Shown: positions 12,185 to 27,284 of the stretch, one piece after another | How positions within the stretch are numbered: the stretch's first letter is position 1 | Layout of the letters: every line of letters begins with the position of its first letter | DNA from: Octopus vulgaris | Lineage: Eukaryota | DNA: 64,000 nucleotides | Assembly (NCBI GenBank): GCA_951406725.2 | Contig: OX597818.1 | Location: forward strand, 98,394,001-98,458,000 | Direction of reading: 5' to 3' | Notes under the pieces: model-generated | The model's database searches: none | Seen by the model: the letters and a program-made list of their open reading frames with translations, nothing else | What the model was told of the DNA's origin: nothing | Made by a program: the position numbers and the translations under genes

Positions 12185-12299
12185 AAAATAAGTCCAACTT
12201 ACACAGAGTAAAAACGACAGAGAAAATTAATGGGGTGAATGAAGGTCTTATAAATCCAACATCGGTTTGTGGGGCTCAGTGAGTGATCCATAATAATTA

Positions 12300-12460
12300 A
12301 TTCTGGTTTTATTGGCCACAAGGGCTAACATAAATCAAAAAACATGTAAGGACAAAAGCAGGACGAAAAGCACAAAGGGTTTTGCAAAAAAGAAAGGTCC
12401 GTGTAAACATTAAAATAGCAGCGAAAAATATAACAAATAAAATTCTCAATAGGGAGGGGG
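12300..12460 (-). mobile_element. Tx1-like LINE 3' UTR fragment
   Basis: Reverse strand ends TTTGTCC...TGTTAGCCCTTGTGGCCAATAAAA, the same tail type as 3890 and 58514. Confidence 0.55.
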
Positions 12461-12631
12461 ATTATAATGTGGGTAGATTTAGTTCATCACAATATGCGGC
12501 CGTTTGGATGCAATTAGCATTGGATAAGACGAGTCTCTGTCGCCTGAGTAGAGACGATCTTACGCTTCAGATCTTAATGCAGAGAAGTTCAAAGATTACC
12601 CTGATGATGGAGACTCATCTTATCCAATGTT

Positions 12632-12935
12632 GTTGTTTGTTCCTTATCGAGCCACTCCTAGCTCATAGTGCCGGGTTTCCCGGTTTCCTTGGCGTATAGG
12701 TTCCCCACCTGGACGGGACGCCGGTCCGTCGCAGGTGAGCTGCAAGATGCAGCAGGAAAGAGTGAGAGAAAGTTGTGGCGAAAGTGTCAGCAGAAGTTCG
12801 CCATTACCTTCTGCCAGAGCCGCGTGGAGCTTAGGTGTTTCGCTCATAAACACACACATCGCCCGGTCTGAGATTCGAACCCACGATCCCTCGACAGCGA
12901 GTCCGCTGCTCTAACAACTAGGCCATGTGCCTTCA
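12632..12935 (-). mobile_element. SINE-D (tRNA-Arg-like head, (AAC)n tail), 13-bp TSD
   Basis: TSD CTTATCCAATGTT at 12619-12631 and 12936-12948. Near-identical to 38327-38623. Confidence 0.9.
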
Positions 12936-13174
12936 CTTATCCAATGTTAATTGCATCCAAATGGCCGCATATTGTGATGAACTAAATCTACATCATTATG
13001 GATCGCCGGGCCCCCAGAAACAGCTGTTGAATTTGTAACACCTTTCTTCCGCCTCTTTAATTTTCTCTGTCGTTTTTACTCTGTGTAAGTTATTATTATA
13101 AATATCTATCTATTCATACTTAAAAATACCACCATCTTTTGCTTTCTCTCGTTCTGCATGTATACATTTGTTTC

Positions 13175-13320
13175 CTTGTTTTACTCATTTGACCCCAGGA
13201 CCTTTGTAAGCCAGTTACGGGGACATACTTAGCCAGATAAGCTAAGTTACAGGGACATAAACACACCAATATCGGTTGTTAAGCGATGGTAGGGGAGACA
13301 TATAGACACAAACACACACA

Positions 13321-13391
<71 letters not shown>

Positions 13392-13553
13392 GACAGGTTT
13401 CTTTCAGTTTCCGTCTACCAAATCCACTTACAAAGCTTTGAACGGCCGAGGCCATTGTAGAATCACTTCCCTAAGTTGCCACGCAGTGGGACTGAACCCA
13501 GAACCGTATGGTTGGTAAGCAAGCTACTTACCACACAGCCACGCCTGCGCCTG
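13175..13553 (-). mobile_element. SINE-A
   Basis: Family match with internal deletion. Confidence 0.85.
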
Positions 13554-13745
13554 CACATATGCCTATTTTGTATTTAATATACAAACTAATATAGTTAATA
13601 TAATACCCGCTCAAATTTATCCTTCTTACTGCCTTTCTTTATCTTGTGGAATGATCCCCTGTAAAGACATCGGGGTATAAGTTTGAATCTTTTGAGCACT
13701 ATTAAATGTTTTCTATAAGGAGACTCTCTGGATCACATCTGTCAA

Positions 13746-13814
<69 letters not shown>

Positions 13815-13844
13815 ATATAATATAATATAATATAATATAATATA

Positions 13845-15498
<1,654 letters not shown>

Positions 15499-16059
15499 TA
15501 CATATATTACGACGTACTTCTTTCAATTTTACTCATCTTGTTAGAGAAGCAGGGAAAAGAAAGTAAGTAATTCAATTAGTTTTAGATTTTTCATTGATCA
15601 AATTTCATATGTAAATTAATTTAGACAAGTAATGGGAAACCAAGTGTATCTTTTATCGGAAAATTCATTTCACATAAGATCGGCCATTTCAGAATTTTAA
15701 AAATATTGAGTAACGTTGAAGCTTGCATTTATTTTTGTCTCTCTTCACTTCCTTTGGTTTTGTGTTGACATTTTTACACTCGCTTTACGGATATTTAGCA
15801 GCATGATTCAGTTAAAATTCAATGTTTCTCTCAATGACTCATGGTATCTATGTCTCTGCATGCTTCGACGCATATCGTCCTGGATTTAATGTGATATGTA
15901 TGTATATTTATAATGTATTTGAGATCCTTCCTTTCTGTTATACAGTCTCTGTCTGTCTCTGTCTCTCTCACTCTATCTATCACGCACATAGACATACATA
16001 TGTTTCTATGTACACACACATGTATTTGTATACGTGCGTACGTATGTTTATGCAATAAA

Positions 16060-16735
16060 TATTTACAAAAAACATTTGAGCCATGCAGGGGAAGTGTTAA
16101 AAAAACATGTAATGTGATGTCAATGAATAAAAACAAAGAGGAAAGATATATTCCCCTAAATAGATTGTTTAATGATCCTATAATATTTCGGGAAAAATTC
16201 CCCTTATATAGAAAGACGGAAGAAAATAATCAGAGCGTTCAAAAAAAATGTGCTGGTATCGGCAAACCATTCTAATGTGTTGTGACGAAAGACATTTCTG
16301 GAATTACTGTATTAGCATTTCTTGCTGATCGAGTTGAGTCGTATAAGTTGCCGCATATAGTGTGTTATGGTAACACCTACAACAGAAGGCGATGAGGTAT
16401 GACAAATTATGTAAAGTATGTATGCAGGTATGTAAAGGAACCATGGGAAATATCTCTGAACAAGAGCTAAAATTTACGGTAAAGGTTTTCAGTAGATAAG
16501 TATTTTAAGAACTTCTTGGATTATTTTCTTTCTACTATTTGAAATGGGGAAGATTTCCCGAAATATTATCGACTCACCAAACAACTTAAGATACAACTAT
16601 CACCATACCTCATTAATTCGTTTTTTTTTTCCTCTTTTTCTTTCCTTCACTGACATCACTTTACACATTTTGCTTAACTCCTCATCTGCATTGCGCAAAG
16701 GTTTCTACAAACATTTCTGCAAACATTATTTACAA
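16060..16735. repeat. Old diverged long inverted repeat
   Basis: About 16060-16232 pairs with 16520-16735 (e.g. ATAATATTTCGGGAAA / TTTCCCGAAATATTAT, AAGAAAATAATC / GATTATTTTCTT). Confidence 0.65.
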
Positions 16736-16779
16736 ATATTGCAATGCTTCAGGCAAAATACAATACTCTCTCTTCCCCA

Positions 16780-16814
<35 letters not shown>

Positions 16815-17061
16815 ATGTATGTGTGTATGTATGTACATGTGTGTGTATCTATCTATATACGTGTATGCATAAATATATGTAAATATATACGCATATTTAC
16901 ATATACATACACACAAGTATATGAGTTTACTTAATCATTTGTTTATGTATGAATATAAATAAATATCATATATATGATATATATATATATATATATATAT
17001 ATATTACGCACATATACATACATATATTAATAATACACACACACACGTATGTAAATGTGCT

Positions 17062-17102
<41 letters not shown>

Positions 17103-17123
17103 TGATATATATATAAATATACA

Positions 17124-17191
<68 letters not shown>

Positions 17192-17570
17192 GTTTGTTGA
17201 TGTACGTGTAATTTCAAGAACCAGCCTTGTCATACAGAGTATCACGCTGTTTCTGCCTGGGGATTATGTTAAGGATACAAGTGTCTGTGCAATATCAGCC
17301 ACTTAGACTATAATTCAACGATTCCTTGGTTTCCTTCATCTAACAGCTGGAATATTCATCGAGATACATTTATTTCACAGCTTAACATCTGTATGAATCT
17401 ATCTGTATATGTGTATATGTGTGTGTATGTATGTATGTATGTATGTATGTATGTATGTATGTATGTATACATATATGCATATACATACATATATACATAC
17501 ATACATACACATATATATATCTATAAACACACACATATACATTTATACACACATACATATGTGCTCGTGC

Positions 17571-17624
<54 letters not shown>

Positions 17625-17957
17625 GTTTTGCGTGTGAGTATGTGCGTGTGGGTGGTTGCGGGTGAGTGTGCGCCTCACAGTGAACCGTGCACATATGAAA
17701 TATACATTTTTATATATACGCGTTTCGCTTTTCTACAATGTAAACATTTCTTCACTATATAATTTTAATTTAATAAAGAATAACTTAAAGTATATATACG
17801 TTCGAGCATAAAGACATACACACATACAATTATGCATGCATACGTGCATACATGTACGCATACGTAGTTACGTGCTTATATCCAGCTATATCCATTTGTG
17901 TCTTAGTTTCGTGACAGAATATTCGTCAGGGAGGTCTCCAGGCTCACTACAGGCTTG

Positions 17958-18390
17958 GGAATTTTTCGGTTTGAACGGCAGTTTTTCTAGCGGTGTCATA
18001 TGAAATTGTCCCTCATAATCATGACCCTAGTATCGATCTATTGCATTTCAATCTGTTTTAGGGTTAGGTTTAGTTAGGGTTAGGGTTAGGGGTGGGGGGG
18101 AGGGTATCCTTTTTACTTCACAAATGTAAATAAACCCAATCTGTTTCTTAAACGAGGGACATATTCATACGGCACGGATTGTTTTTTACCTCAATAGACG
18201 TTAGTGATTGGTTGAAATTGCAGAAATTGAAGAAAAAAATACAACAAATATCTTACAAACTATAGAATTTTCTCAATAAAGCCAAGAGAAAAAGATGTTT
18301 TATAAACACATTCTACCAGTATACGAAGTTTAAAATTTTATAGTTACCTAGAAATTATATTAAAAACTGCCGTTCAAACCGAAAAGATCT
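17958..18390. mobile_element. 433-bp MITE with about 29-bp TIRs, 8-bp TSD and internal TTAGGG repeats, copy 1
   Basis: TIR GGA(A/T)(T/C)TTTTCGGTTTGAACGGCAGTTTTT. TSD CAGGCTTG/AAGGCTTG. Reverse-oriented near-identical copy at 36620-37045. Confidence 0.9.
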
Positions 18391-18571
18391 AAGGCTTGTT
18401 GATTGCTGACGAAACCGATAAACAGCAAGTAGGCTCAGTCTCAGCGCCTGCAAGAAATATTCTATTCTTGGTCAAGTGCTGCTGGGTTTCTCGATATTTT
18501 TTAGTTTCTGTGTGCAATCTCGAAAGGACACTGACCAATGTCGATGGTCAACGTGACGGGCAAACAGAGAT

Positions 18572-18681
18572 TTCTTTTACTCTTTTGCTTGTTTCAGTCA
18601 TTTGACTGTGGCCATGCTGGAGCACCGCCTTTAGTCGAGCAAATCGACCCCCGAACCGCTAAGCGATGTTAGTGGGGGGGA

Positions 18682-18741
<60 letters not shown>

Positions 18742-18905
18742 AAGATGGGCTTCTTTCAGTTTCCGTCTATCAAATCCACCCACACGGCTTTGGTCGGCCC
18801 GGGGCTATAGTAGAAGACACTTGCCCAAGATGCCACGCAGTGGGACTGAACCCGAAACCATGTGGTTAGTAAGCAAGCTACTTACCACACAGCCACTCCT
18901 ACGCC
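18572..18905 (-). mobile_element. SINE-A with internal deletion
   Basis: Family match. Confidence 0.9.
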
Positions 18906-19473
18906 TCTTTAGAGAGTTTTTCTACCTATTTGTTGGTGTCTCTCTGTCAGTGAAATCAAAAGATGGTTTGACATATATCAAAACTTTGGGCAAGCGATAA
19001 CCGTCCATTGAAGACACACTCCTGTTCAGATCAGCTGCAATTTTAACAATATAGCCGTAATGATGCAGACTTCAATGTGTCTGGGGATTTCAGTGCCGAT
19101 GACAAAGTCAGTTCGCTGAATTTTGAGAATAGTGCAGTGGCGGCACTAATCTACCTCCAGCGGCACTTTTATAGGAGAGGCTCATTTGGGTCTGTTGTAA
19201 ACATATGTATAGAGGGAGGAGGGTGAGAGGCATAGAAATTAACGTTTGCAACCGACGGCATACACTCTAGCTACGCCACTGCGAAAGGGGCCTGGGACAT
19301 GCTGTTTGAAATGCTATAGTGCGACTCACGACACAGGGTCGTACATGAGTATGGCCAGGACAACGGCCCTTATCATCGTAAAATTGTGATCCGCCTGCTC
19401 TAACACACACAAAAAATGTTTTCTACTGAGGTACAAGGTCTCAGATTTAGGCAAGAGGTATAATCGATTATGT

Positions 19474-19710
19474 GGAGGCTCGTGGCTTAGTGGCTAGGGT
19501 GTCAGCATCATGATCGTAAGATTGTGGTTTCGATTCCTGGACCAAGCGACGCGTTGTGTTCTTGAGTAAAACACTTCATTCCACGTTGCTCTAGTCCACT
19601 CAGCTTGTAACAATGAGTAAACCTGCGATGGGCCAATGTCCCGTCCAGATGGGGAATATATACGCCACAGAAACCGTCCCAATGGATCGATGTGACTCGG
19701 GAAGGATTCT
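19474..19710 (+). mobile_element. SINE-C
   Basis: Matches 6657-6905, different 3' end. Confidence 0.85.
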
Positions 19711-19724
19711 TATCCGTCTTGGCC

Positions 19725-19874
19725 TAGGTATGGGCAAACTTTTTTTTCCAGAAGCGGACCGCAAGTGAGATAGCTCATCATCAGGCAGACTGCACTACTA
19801 AAGAACAATTCAATGTAAATTTTCGTTGGCATGTCATTCACAGAGACTCACAGGCCGTAGTTTGCCCATGACTG
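19725..19874. mobile_element. hAT-type MITE (150 bp)
   Basis: TIRs TAGGTATGGGCAAACT / AGTTTGCCCATGACTG. TSD decayed. Confidence 0.7.
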
Positions 19875-20045
19875 TTTTAAGTATTTTTAAGAAAGATTGA
19901 TATTGTGCTAAACCGAGATTGTAAAAAGTAGAATTGGTTTCGTAAAAGTGAAATATTGCAAAAATGTGTCGGATCAGGTGTGAATCTGCACTATCGTAAT
20001 AAAAACGAATTTTTTTATCTTTAAATCTAGACTTCACTATCGAAG

Positions 20046-20077
<32 letters not shown>

Positions 20078-20190
20078 GTTTAACGTCCGCTTTCCATGCT
20101 AGCATGGGTTGGGCAATTTGACTGAGGACTGTCGAACCAGATGGCTACACTAGGCTCCAATCTTGATCTGGCAGAGTTTCTACAGCTGGA
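20046..20190 (-). mobile_element. 3' end of a SINE/LINE with (GAT)n tail
   Basis: Reverse strand ends CATGGAAAGCGGACGTTAAACGATGATGATG..., a tandem-trinucleotide tail typical of non-LTR elements. Confidence 0.6.
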
Positions 20191-20354
20191 TGTGGTAAGT
20201 AGCTTGCTTACCAACCACATGGTTCCAGATTCAGTCCCACTGCGTGGCACCTTGGGCAAGTATCTTCTACTATGGCCTCGGGCCAACCAAAGCCTTGTGA
20301 ACGGATTTGGTAGACGGAAACTGAAAGAAGCCCGTCGTATATATATGTGTGTGT

Positions 20355-20400
<46 letters not shown>

Positions 20401-20600
20401 ATGTCTGTGCTTGTCCCCCAACATCGCTTGACAACCAATGCTAGTTTGTTTACGTCCCTGTAACTTAGCAGTTCGGAAAAGTGATCGATAGAATAAGTAC
20501 TAGGCTTACAAATAATAAGTCCTGGGGTCGATTTGGTCGACTAAAGGCGGTGCTTCAGCATGGCCGCATGCAAATGACTGTGACAAATAAAAATAAAAGA
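20191..20600 (+). mobile_element. SINE-A
   Basis: Family match. Confidence 0.9.
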
Positions 20601-21231
20601 AAAATAAAAGAAATAGCAAAAAGGTCTGAAAGTTTTTCGTAGAGGGCTAGTCTATTACATCAATCTCATTACACAACTGGTACTTATTTTACCGATCCCG
20701 AAAGCAAGTCGAAGTCAAACCCGATGGAATTTGAACTCAGAATTCAGAAAAAAATATCCTAAGCCTTTTTGCGGTGCGGTAGCGATGCTGGCAGCTCGCC
20801 ACCTTAATACTATTTGTGAATTGATTTCGAATTTTAGGGGGAGAAGCAAGTCGCTTACATCGACCTCAGCACTCAACGGGTACTTAATTTATCGACCCCG
20901 AAAGGATAGAGGTGAAGTAGACCTTGGCAAAAGTTCAAGTCAGAACACAAAACCGGACGAAATTCTGCTACACGTTTTGTCCGGCGCGCTAACGATTCCG
21001 CCAGCTCGCTACCTTTGAATACTATTTGTAAATTGGTTTCAAATTTGGGAACATGTCCAGTAATTTCGGGGTAGGGGCTAAGTCAATTAATTCGATCCCA
21101 GTGTTCAAATGCTATTTATTTTATCGACTCTGAAAGGATGACAGGCATAACTGACCGCAGCGGAATTTGAACTCAGAACGTAAGGACGAACGAAATGCCG
21201 CTAGCCAGTTCGCCCAGTGCGCTAACGATTC

Positions 21232-21453
21232 TTATTTCTTTATTGCCCACAAGGGGCCAAACACAGAGGGGATAAAGAAGGACAGACAAAGGGATTAAGT
21301 CCATTACATCGACCCCAGTGCGTAACTGGTACTTAATTTATCGACCCCGAAAGGATAAAGGCAAAGTCGACCTCGGCGGAATTTGAACGGCAGTCGAAAT
21401 AGCGCTAAGCATTTCGCCCGGTGTGCTAACGATTCTGCCAGCACACCGCCTTT
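21232..21453 (-). mobile_element. SINE-B (young tail) inserted in an older SINE-B
   Basis: Family match. GCTAACGATTCT repeated at 21221 and 21426. Confidence 0.85.
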
Positions 21454-21589
21454 GAATGCTATTTGTAAATTGATAACAATTCAGCACACCCACACAAAAG
21501 TACTATCTTTCTCTCTCTCTTGCACACACACGCGCGCGCGCGCACTCACACATACATATTTACGCACATACATCTGCGAACTTAAGGCT

Positions 21590-21935
21590 AGTTAAAAAAT
21601 GTGTCTGACACATGTCAATTTCTAAAGGCAAATTTACTGCATTTACCGTGCTGAAAAAATTATCTTTTATGGTAAAATGTGTTAAAAGAAAAAAAAAAGG
21701 TGGGGTGGGGAACGGAAAAAAGAAAACATCATACCTGCTTTTGCTACCCCTTGTCGGATTTTCAGATGCAACGTTTCTTGCCCTTTAGGCGTTATCAATG
21801 GAAAATACCGAAGCGAGCTAACTCTGAGTAGATACAAAGCCGTAACTTTAACTAAAACAGTCAACAACATTGACCGAGTTGCGCTATTGGTCTTCCCAAC
21901 CGGAAAAAAATTAGGAGCATCAGTGGCTTTCTGCA
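21590..21935. repeat. Dispersed pLTR-like repeat, homologous to 30250-30660
   Basis: Shared blocks TTCTAAAGGCAAATTTACTGCA, ATCAATGGRAAATACC, AAAGCCGTAACTT, GAGTTGCGCT. Confidence 0.7.
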
Positions 21936-22261
21936 TGAAATATATTACTTATTTTATTTCCCATCATTCTTTAGAATGGATGTAACTGTCCCCCACTACT
22001 TTCAATTAAAATAGAAATTGTGGCTTGCGTCAATGCAAAAAAAACCAAAGACATCAGTATTTAGCGATATTATATATTGATATAACTAAGCCTTTAACAT
22101 TTGATATTGTTGAGCAATGACAACATCAAAAGGCTGGGGATTAAAACCTTACGTGCTATTTAGTTACGTCCCTTTAGGGTCGATTTTACCTTTCATTATT
22201 CCGTTGCTGAAAGCTACGAGGTAGGGATGAGAATTCAGGTTACGAAAACTGAGACACTGGC

Positions 22262-22353
<92 letters not shown>

Positions 22354-22381
22354 TCTATCTATCTATTTATCTATCTATTTA

Positions 22382-22422
<41 letters not shown>

Positions 22423-22443
22423 GTCTATCTATCTATCTATCTT

Positions 22444-22561
<118 letters not shown>

Positions 22562-22646
22562 TGTCTATCAGTCTATCTATCTATCTAACTGCATATACGT
22601 ATATATGAATATGTCATATATAACACACATATATAAATGCGTGTGT

Positions 22647-22706
<60 letters not shown>

Positions 22707-23342
22707 ATGCGTGGTGTATATGTGTGTGCATTCATATATGTATGACAGTGTAGTATATTTCTTTCCAACAAATGCAACTTGCTGGCATAATTGTTTTTCT
22801 GAAAAATTTGAGAATATAGGGCAGTTCTTATCCAAAATTCTATAAGTCTCTTCATGTATATATCGAGGAATTTTCCATAGCCTCTCTGTAGAACTGGTAT
22901 AAGTCTTGGTTCAGTTCGAAAATTCACTGGAATTTTTCTCCATAGTTCCACCATCTGCGATGACCAAATCAAGTTCTTTCATCGCCATGATGTATGTATA
23001 GTAATTTTCCACGTGGTCTGTATTCTGCGATTTGACAACTGCTACGATTTTTTCAATACCGCTTGTTTCTTTGGATTTATTCAGAGAAGATAACCATTTC
23101 TTATACCGGGCTTGCATTAAAGGCAAAAATTATAGAGGATTGTATTCATTATCCGGGAGAATAAATAGTCCTCTATGCCAACGCGTCTGGATTCAACGCC
23201 ATGATACGTCTGTATGGATGGATGAACGGACGGACGGATGTATACATGTATGTATGTATGTATGTATGTATGTATGTATGTATGTATGTATGTATGTATG
23301 TATGTATGTATGTATGTGTGTATGTATGTATGTGTGTGTGTG

Positions 23343-23376
<34 letters not shown>

Positions 23377-23544
23377 TGTCATTATTAAGTTTTATTTCAA
23401 GATGATTTCTTGCCATTAGCGAAACAGCTGGTTTCTAACCTAGATCCGGGGCTCCTTCATAGGAATTTCAACATCAACAACAGGGTATTTTTGTATGTAT
23501 GTATGTATGTATGTTTGTATGTTTGTCTGTATGTATGTATATCT

Positions 23545-24036
23545 CTTTTACTCTTTACTCTTTTACTTGTTTCAGTCATTTGACTGCGGCCATGCTGGAG
23601 CACCGCGGCCATGCTGGAGCACCGCGGCCATGCTGGAGCACCGCGGCCATGCTGGAGCACCGCGGCCATGCTGGAGCATGACTGCGGCCATGCTGGAGCA
23701 CCGCCTTTAATCAACCCCGGGACTTATTCTTTGTAAGCCCAGTACTTATTCTATCGGTCTCTTTTGCCGAACCGCTAAGTGACGGGGACATAAACACACC
23801 AGCATCGGTTGTCAAGCAATGCTAGGGGGACAAACACAGACACACAAACATACATATATATACATATATACGACGGGCTTCTTTCAGTTTCCGTCTACCA
23901 AATCCACTCACAAGGCTTTGGTTGGCCCGAGGCTTCAGGCTATAGTAGAAGACACTTGCCCAAGGTGCAACGCAGTGGGACTGAACCCGGAACAATGTGG
24001 TTGGTAAACAAGCTACTTACCACACAGCCACTCCTG
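23545..24036 (-). mobile_element. SINE-A with six-fold 19-bp tandem expansion in its tail
   Basis: Unit CCGCGGCCATGCTGGAGCA at 23584-23700. Confidence 0.9.
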
Positions 24037-24234
24037 TGCTGAATTGTATGTTTTGTTTTATGTATGCCTTCCCTTGCATATTCTTGCATATCTAGACATG
24101 CTCATATTTATTTGAATGATAAACTTCTGAAGTAAGTATGTATGTATGTATGTATGTATGTATGTATGTATGTATGTATGTATGTATGTATGTATGTATG
24201 TATGTATGTATGCATGTATGTATGTATGTACGTA

Positions 24235-24452
24235 CGGGGGTGGGGTGCTGAAAGGTTCCTGGCTTTCGGCAAAAAAAAGTATAGGAAGATCAGTTAATGT
24301 TAATTTTAGTCAACATATTCCCCTCTCAGATTCACACGCTTATTGCAGTGGTCCTTCAGTTTTTCTAAGCCCTCTAAGAAACGCTGTAGACTGGGCCTCC
24401 TGCGAGGCATTCGTAACACCCTTAAAGTCAGGAACTTTTCATCACCTCCTTG
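24235..24452. mobile_element. mariner-type MITE
   Basis: TA-flanked. TIRs ...GGGGTGCTGAAAGGTTCCTGGCTTT and (rc) CAAGGAGGTGATGAAAAGTTCCTGACTTT. Confidence 0.8.
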
Positions 24453-24454
24453 TA

Positions 24455-24504
<50 letters not shown>

Positions 24505-24597
24505 CACCTTCAAATTTAAATTGACATTTTGCAACAGGCATTTATTCAATGCTTGCCTTCACGTTCCTTTCTCATGTTATCCCTCGCTATACGCACG

Positions 24598-24692
<95 letters not shown>

Positions 24693-25028
24693 ACAGATTA
24701 GCACTCGCACACACACAGACACAAATGCATATGTAAGGGTGCAAGAAAACCGGAAGTTATCAAAATGACAATTTACGCTGATAAGCCAAGATTGCACAAT
24801 GTATCTGTTACACCGGACAACACTGCGAAGAAGGACCAAGGACAGGTTCTTTAAACCTTCAACAACGGAATGTTGTAAGTTGCAAGTATAACCATATATA
24901 TTCAATATGTACACAGTACAGGTATTTAAGTTTCCGTTTAGCTTGTTCTTAGTTTACTGTTACGGTATAAGCAATCACACTTAAATGTACTTATACACAC
25001 AGATATATACATATATACGTATATATGT

Positions 25029-25071
<43 letters not shown>

Positions 25072-25175
25072 CGTGTGTGTGTGTTTATGTATTCATGCAT
25101 ATATCTATGCCTATATATTTATGAATGTAAGTATATGTATGTACGTATGCATGAGTACATATATGTATGCATAAA

Positions 25176-25285
<110 letters not shown>

Positions 25286-25293
25286 CCTCTCTC

Positions 25294-25350
<57 letters not shown>

Positions 25351-25353
<3 letters not shown>

Positions 25354-25484
25354 GCGTAGCCTGATGGATAAGGTGTCTGACTTCGAATCAAACGATAGCG
25401 GTTTCGTGTCCCGTCTTAGTCGAGGAATTTCTTTTAACAGCAATGCCCCCAGCATGGCTGCTGCTCTCGAGCTGAAACTAGTAA
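25351..25484 (+). pseudogene. tRNA-Arg(TCG) pseudogene or minimal SINE with SINE-A-like tail
   Basis: CGTAGCCTGATGGATAAGGTGTCTGACTTCGAATCA..GGTTTCGTGTCCC..TAGTCG closely follows eukaryotic tRNA-Arg(TCG). Acceptor and T arms are damaged. Followed by GCCCCCAGCATGGCTGC...GCTGAAACTAGTAA. Confidence 0.7.
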
Positions 25485-25658
25485 TGGACATATATATAAA
25501 TATATAATATAATATAATATAATATAATATATATATATATATATATACATACATACAAACATACGTGCAGTTTAAACATATACACACACATACACACACA
25601 CACACCGTAATCTGAATTTGTGCTTTCTGTTAACTGTCTACTATTTGTCTCTTATTCA

Positions 25659-25720
<62 letters not shown>

Positions 25721-25783
25721 TCTCTTTCTTTTTGTCTTTCTGTCTTGCACTGCCTTCCTCTGTTCTTTCTGTAGAGATACACT

Positions 25784-25818
<35 letters not shown>

Positions 25819-26099
25819 ATATATACACACATATATATATCCACTCACACACACACACACATATATATATCCACATATATATATATATCCACACACACAC
25901 ACACACATATATATATATGCATATTTACATACAAATATACATGCATGCACACACGCACGTACAAGCACAAACGCACGTACAAGCACACATACACAGATAC
26001 ACACACTCGCTTCAAGGAGGAATTATTTCAGAACATTCAATGCGAAAGGTTATGTTTCTGTGCTTTTACTCTGCATTATGTACGTTTGTAGTGTGTGCG

Positions 26100-26184
<85 letters not shown>

Positions 26185-26679
26185 ATGAGTCTGCCTGCTC
26201 TGTCTGTCTAGTATGCTTGCAGTATTAGATTTTTTTTACGAAAGAGTCGCACGCAATCTCAGAAGATTACAGCCAGCCATAAATACACGTAAATAAGCAA
26301 ATAAAATAAATAGACAAGGCAGAGAAATATAAAGACAAATAAACAAATGAATAAAGAATCGTACGAAAGGGTTTATAAGTACAAGCTTCCTGCTCCCTCC
26401 CCCGCAAAACTAACTACACTGTACGGTTATTCAATTACGTGTTCGTTCATTCATAAACTTCGGCAATATTTCTGTGTCTACAGAGAAGCAATGTGTGTAG
26501 TAACCCTGCTGTTTCCTTAAAACTCTCCTCTTCCCACTACCACTTCCTTCCACCTGCTGTAGTAAAAGCTACACAAGCAATTATAAGAGAACCATTGTCT
26601 GACATACACCCACGACAAACATGGCATACACGATGGCATCAATGTATCATGTTTGTTTGTTTGTGTGTGTACGTGTGCG

Positions 26680-26975
26680 CGTGTTAGTGTTTGTGTGTGG
26701 TTGTGTATTTGCGTGTGTGCGTTTGTGAATCTGTGTGCGTTGTATGTATTTGTATTTGTGTTTGCGCATCAGTGAATGTGTGTGTGTTGTATGTGTGTGT
26801 GTGCGTGTTAGTGAATGTGTGTGTTTGTGCATGTGAGCATTTGTGAATGTGTGTGTGTTGTATGTGTGTGTGTGCGTGTTAGTGAATGTGTGTGTTTGTG
26901 CATGTGAGCATTTGTGAATGTGTGTGTGTTGTATGTGTTTGTATTAATGTGTTTGTGCATCAGTGAATGTGTCTC
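26680..26975. repeat. TG-rich minisatellite, about 71-bp unit
   Basis: GCGTGTTAGTGAATGTGTGTGTTTGTGCATGTGAGCATTTGTGAATG repeats at 26803 and 26874, with diverged flanking units. Confidence 0.8.
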
Positions 26976-27164
26976 TGTATCTTTTATCATCGTTTATCTT
27001 TTACTTATTTCAATCACTGAAATGCGGCCAAGCTAGAGCAACGCCTCGACGGTTTTAGTCGAACAAATCGATTTGAGTGCTTTGGTACTCCTTCATTTGC
27101 TAATCTCTTTCGCTAAGTTACGGAAACGTAATCAAGCCAGTACGGTTGTCAAATGGTGGGGCGA

Positions 27165-27203
<39 letters not shown>

Positions 27204-27284
27204 ACACACACACATACACACACAACGAATAGCGGCTAACAGAGTATTTAGATGTGGACGGTTTTCCTGAAAAGAGACCTTTCA

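Larger units (their letters stand above)
12196..13091. mobile_element. Large foldback (inverted pLTR-like) element with two nested insertions
   Basis: 12196-12295 and 12465-12537 are reverse complements of 12995-13091 and 12610-12631 plus 12949-12998. GAAACAGCTGT motif at 13017-13027. LINE tail at 12300-12460(-) and SINE-D nested. Confidence 0.75.

Noticed and set aside
18056-18092. Telomere or chromosome-fusion relic
   Set aside because: Only a few TTAGGG units, and they lie inside a TSD-flanked MITE.
22745-23130. Coding-like minus-strand stretch (MPLMQARYKKW...)
   Set aside because: Interrupted by stops with no recognisable motif or splice sites. Possibly an old TE fragment, but unassignable.
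23584-23700. CRISPR-like repeated 19-mer
   Set aside because: No spacers, no cas genes, and the unit is part of the SINE-A tail.
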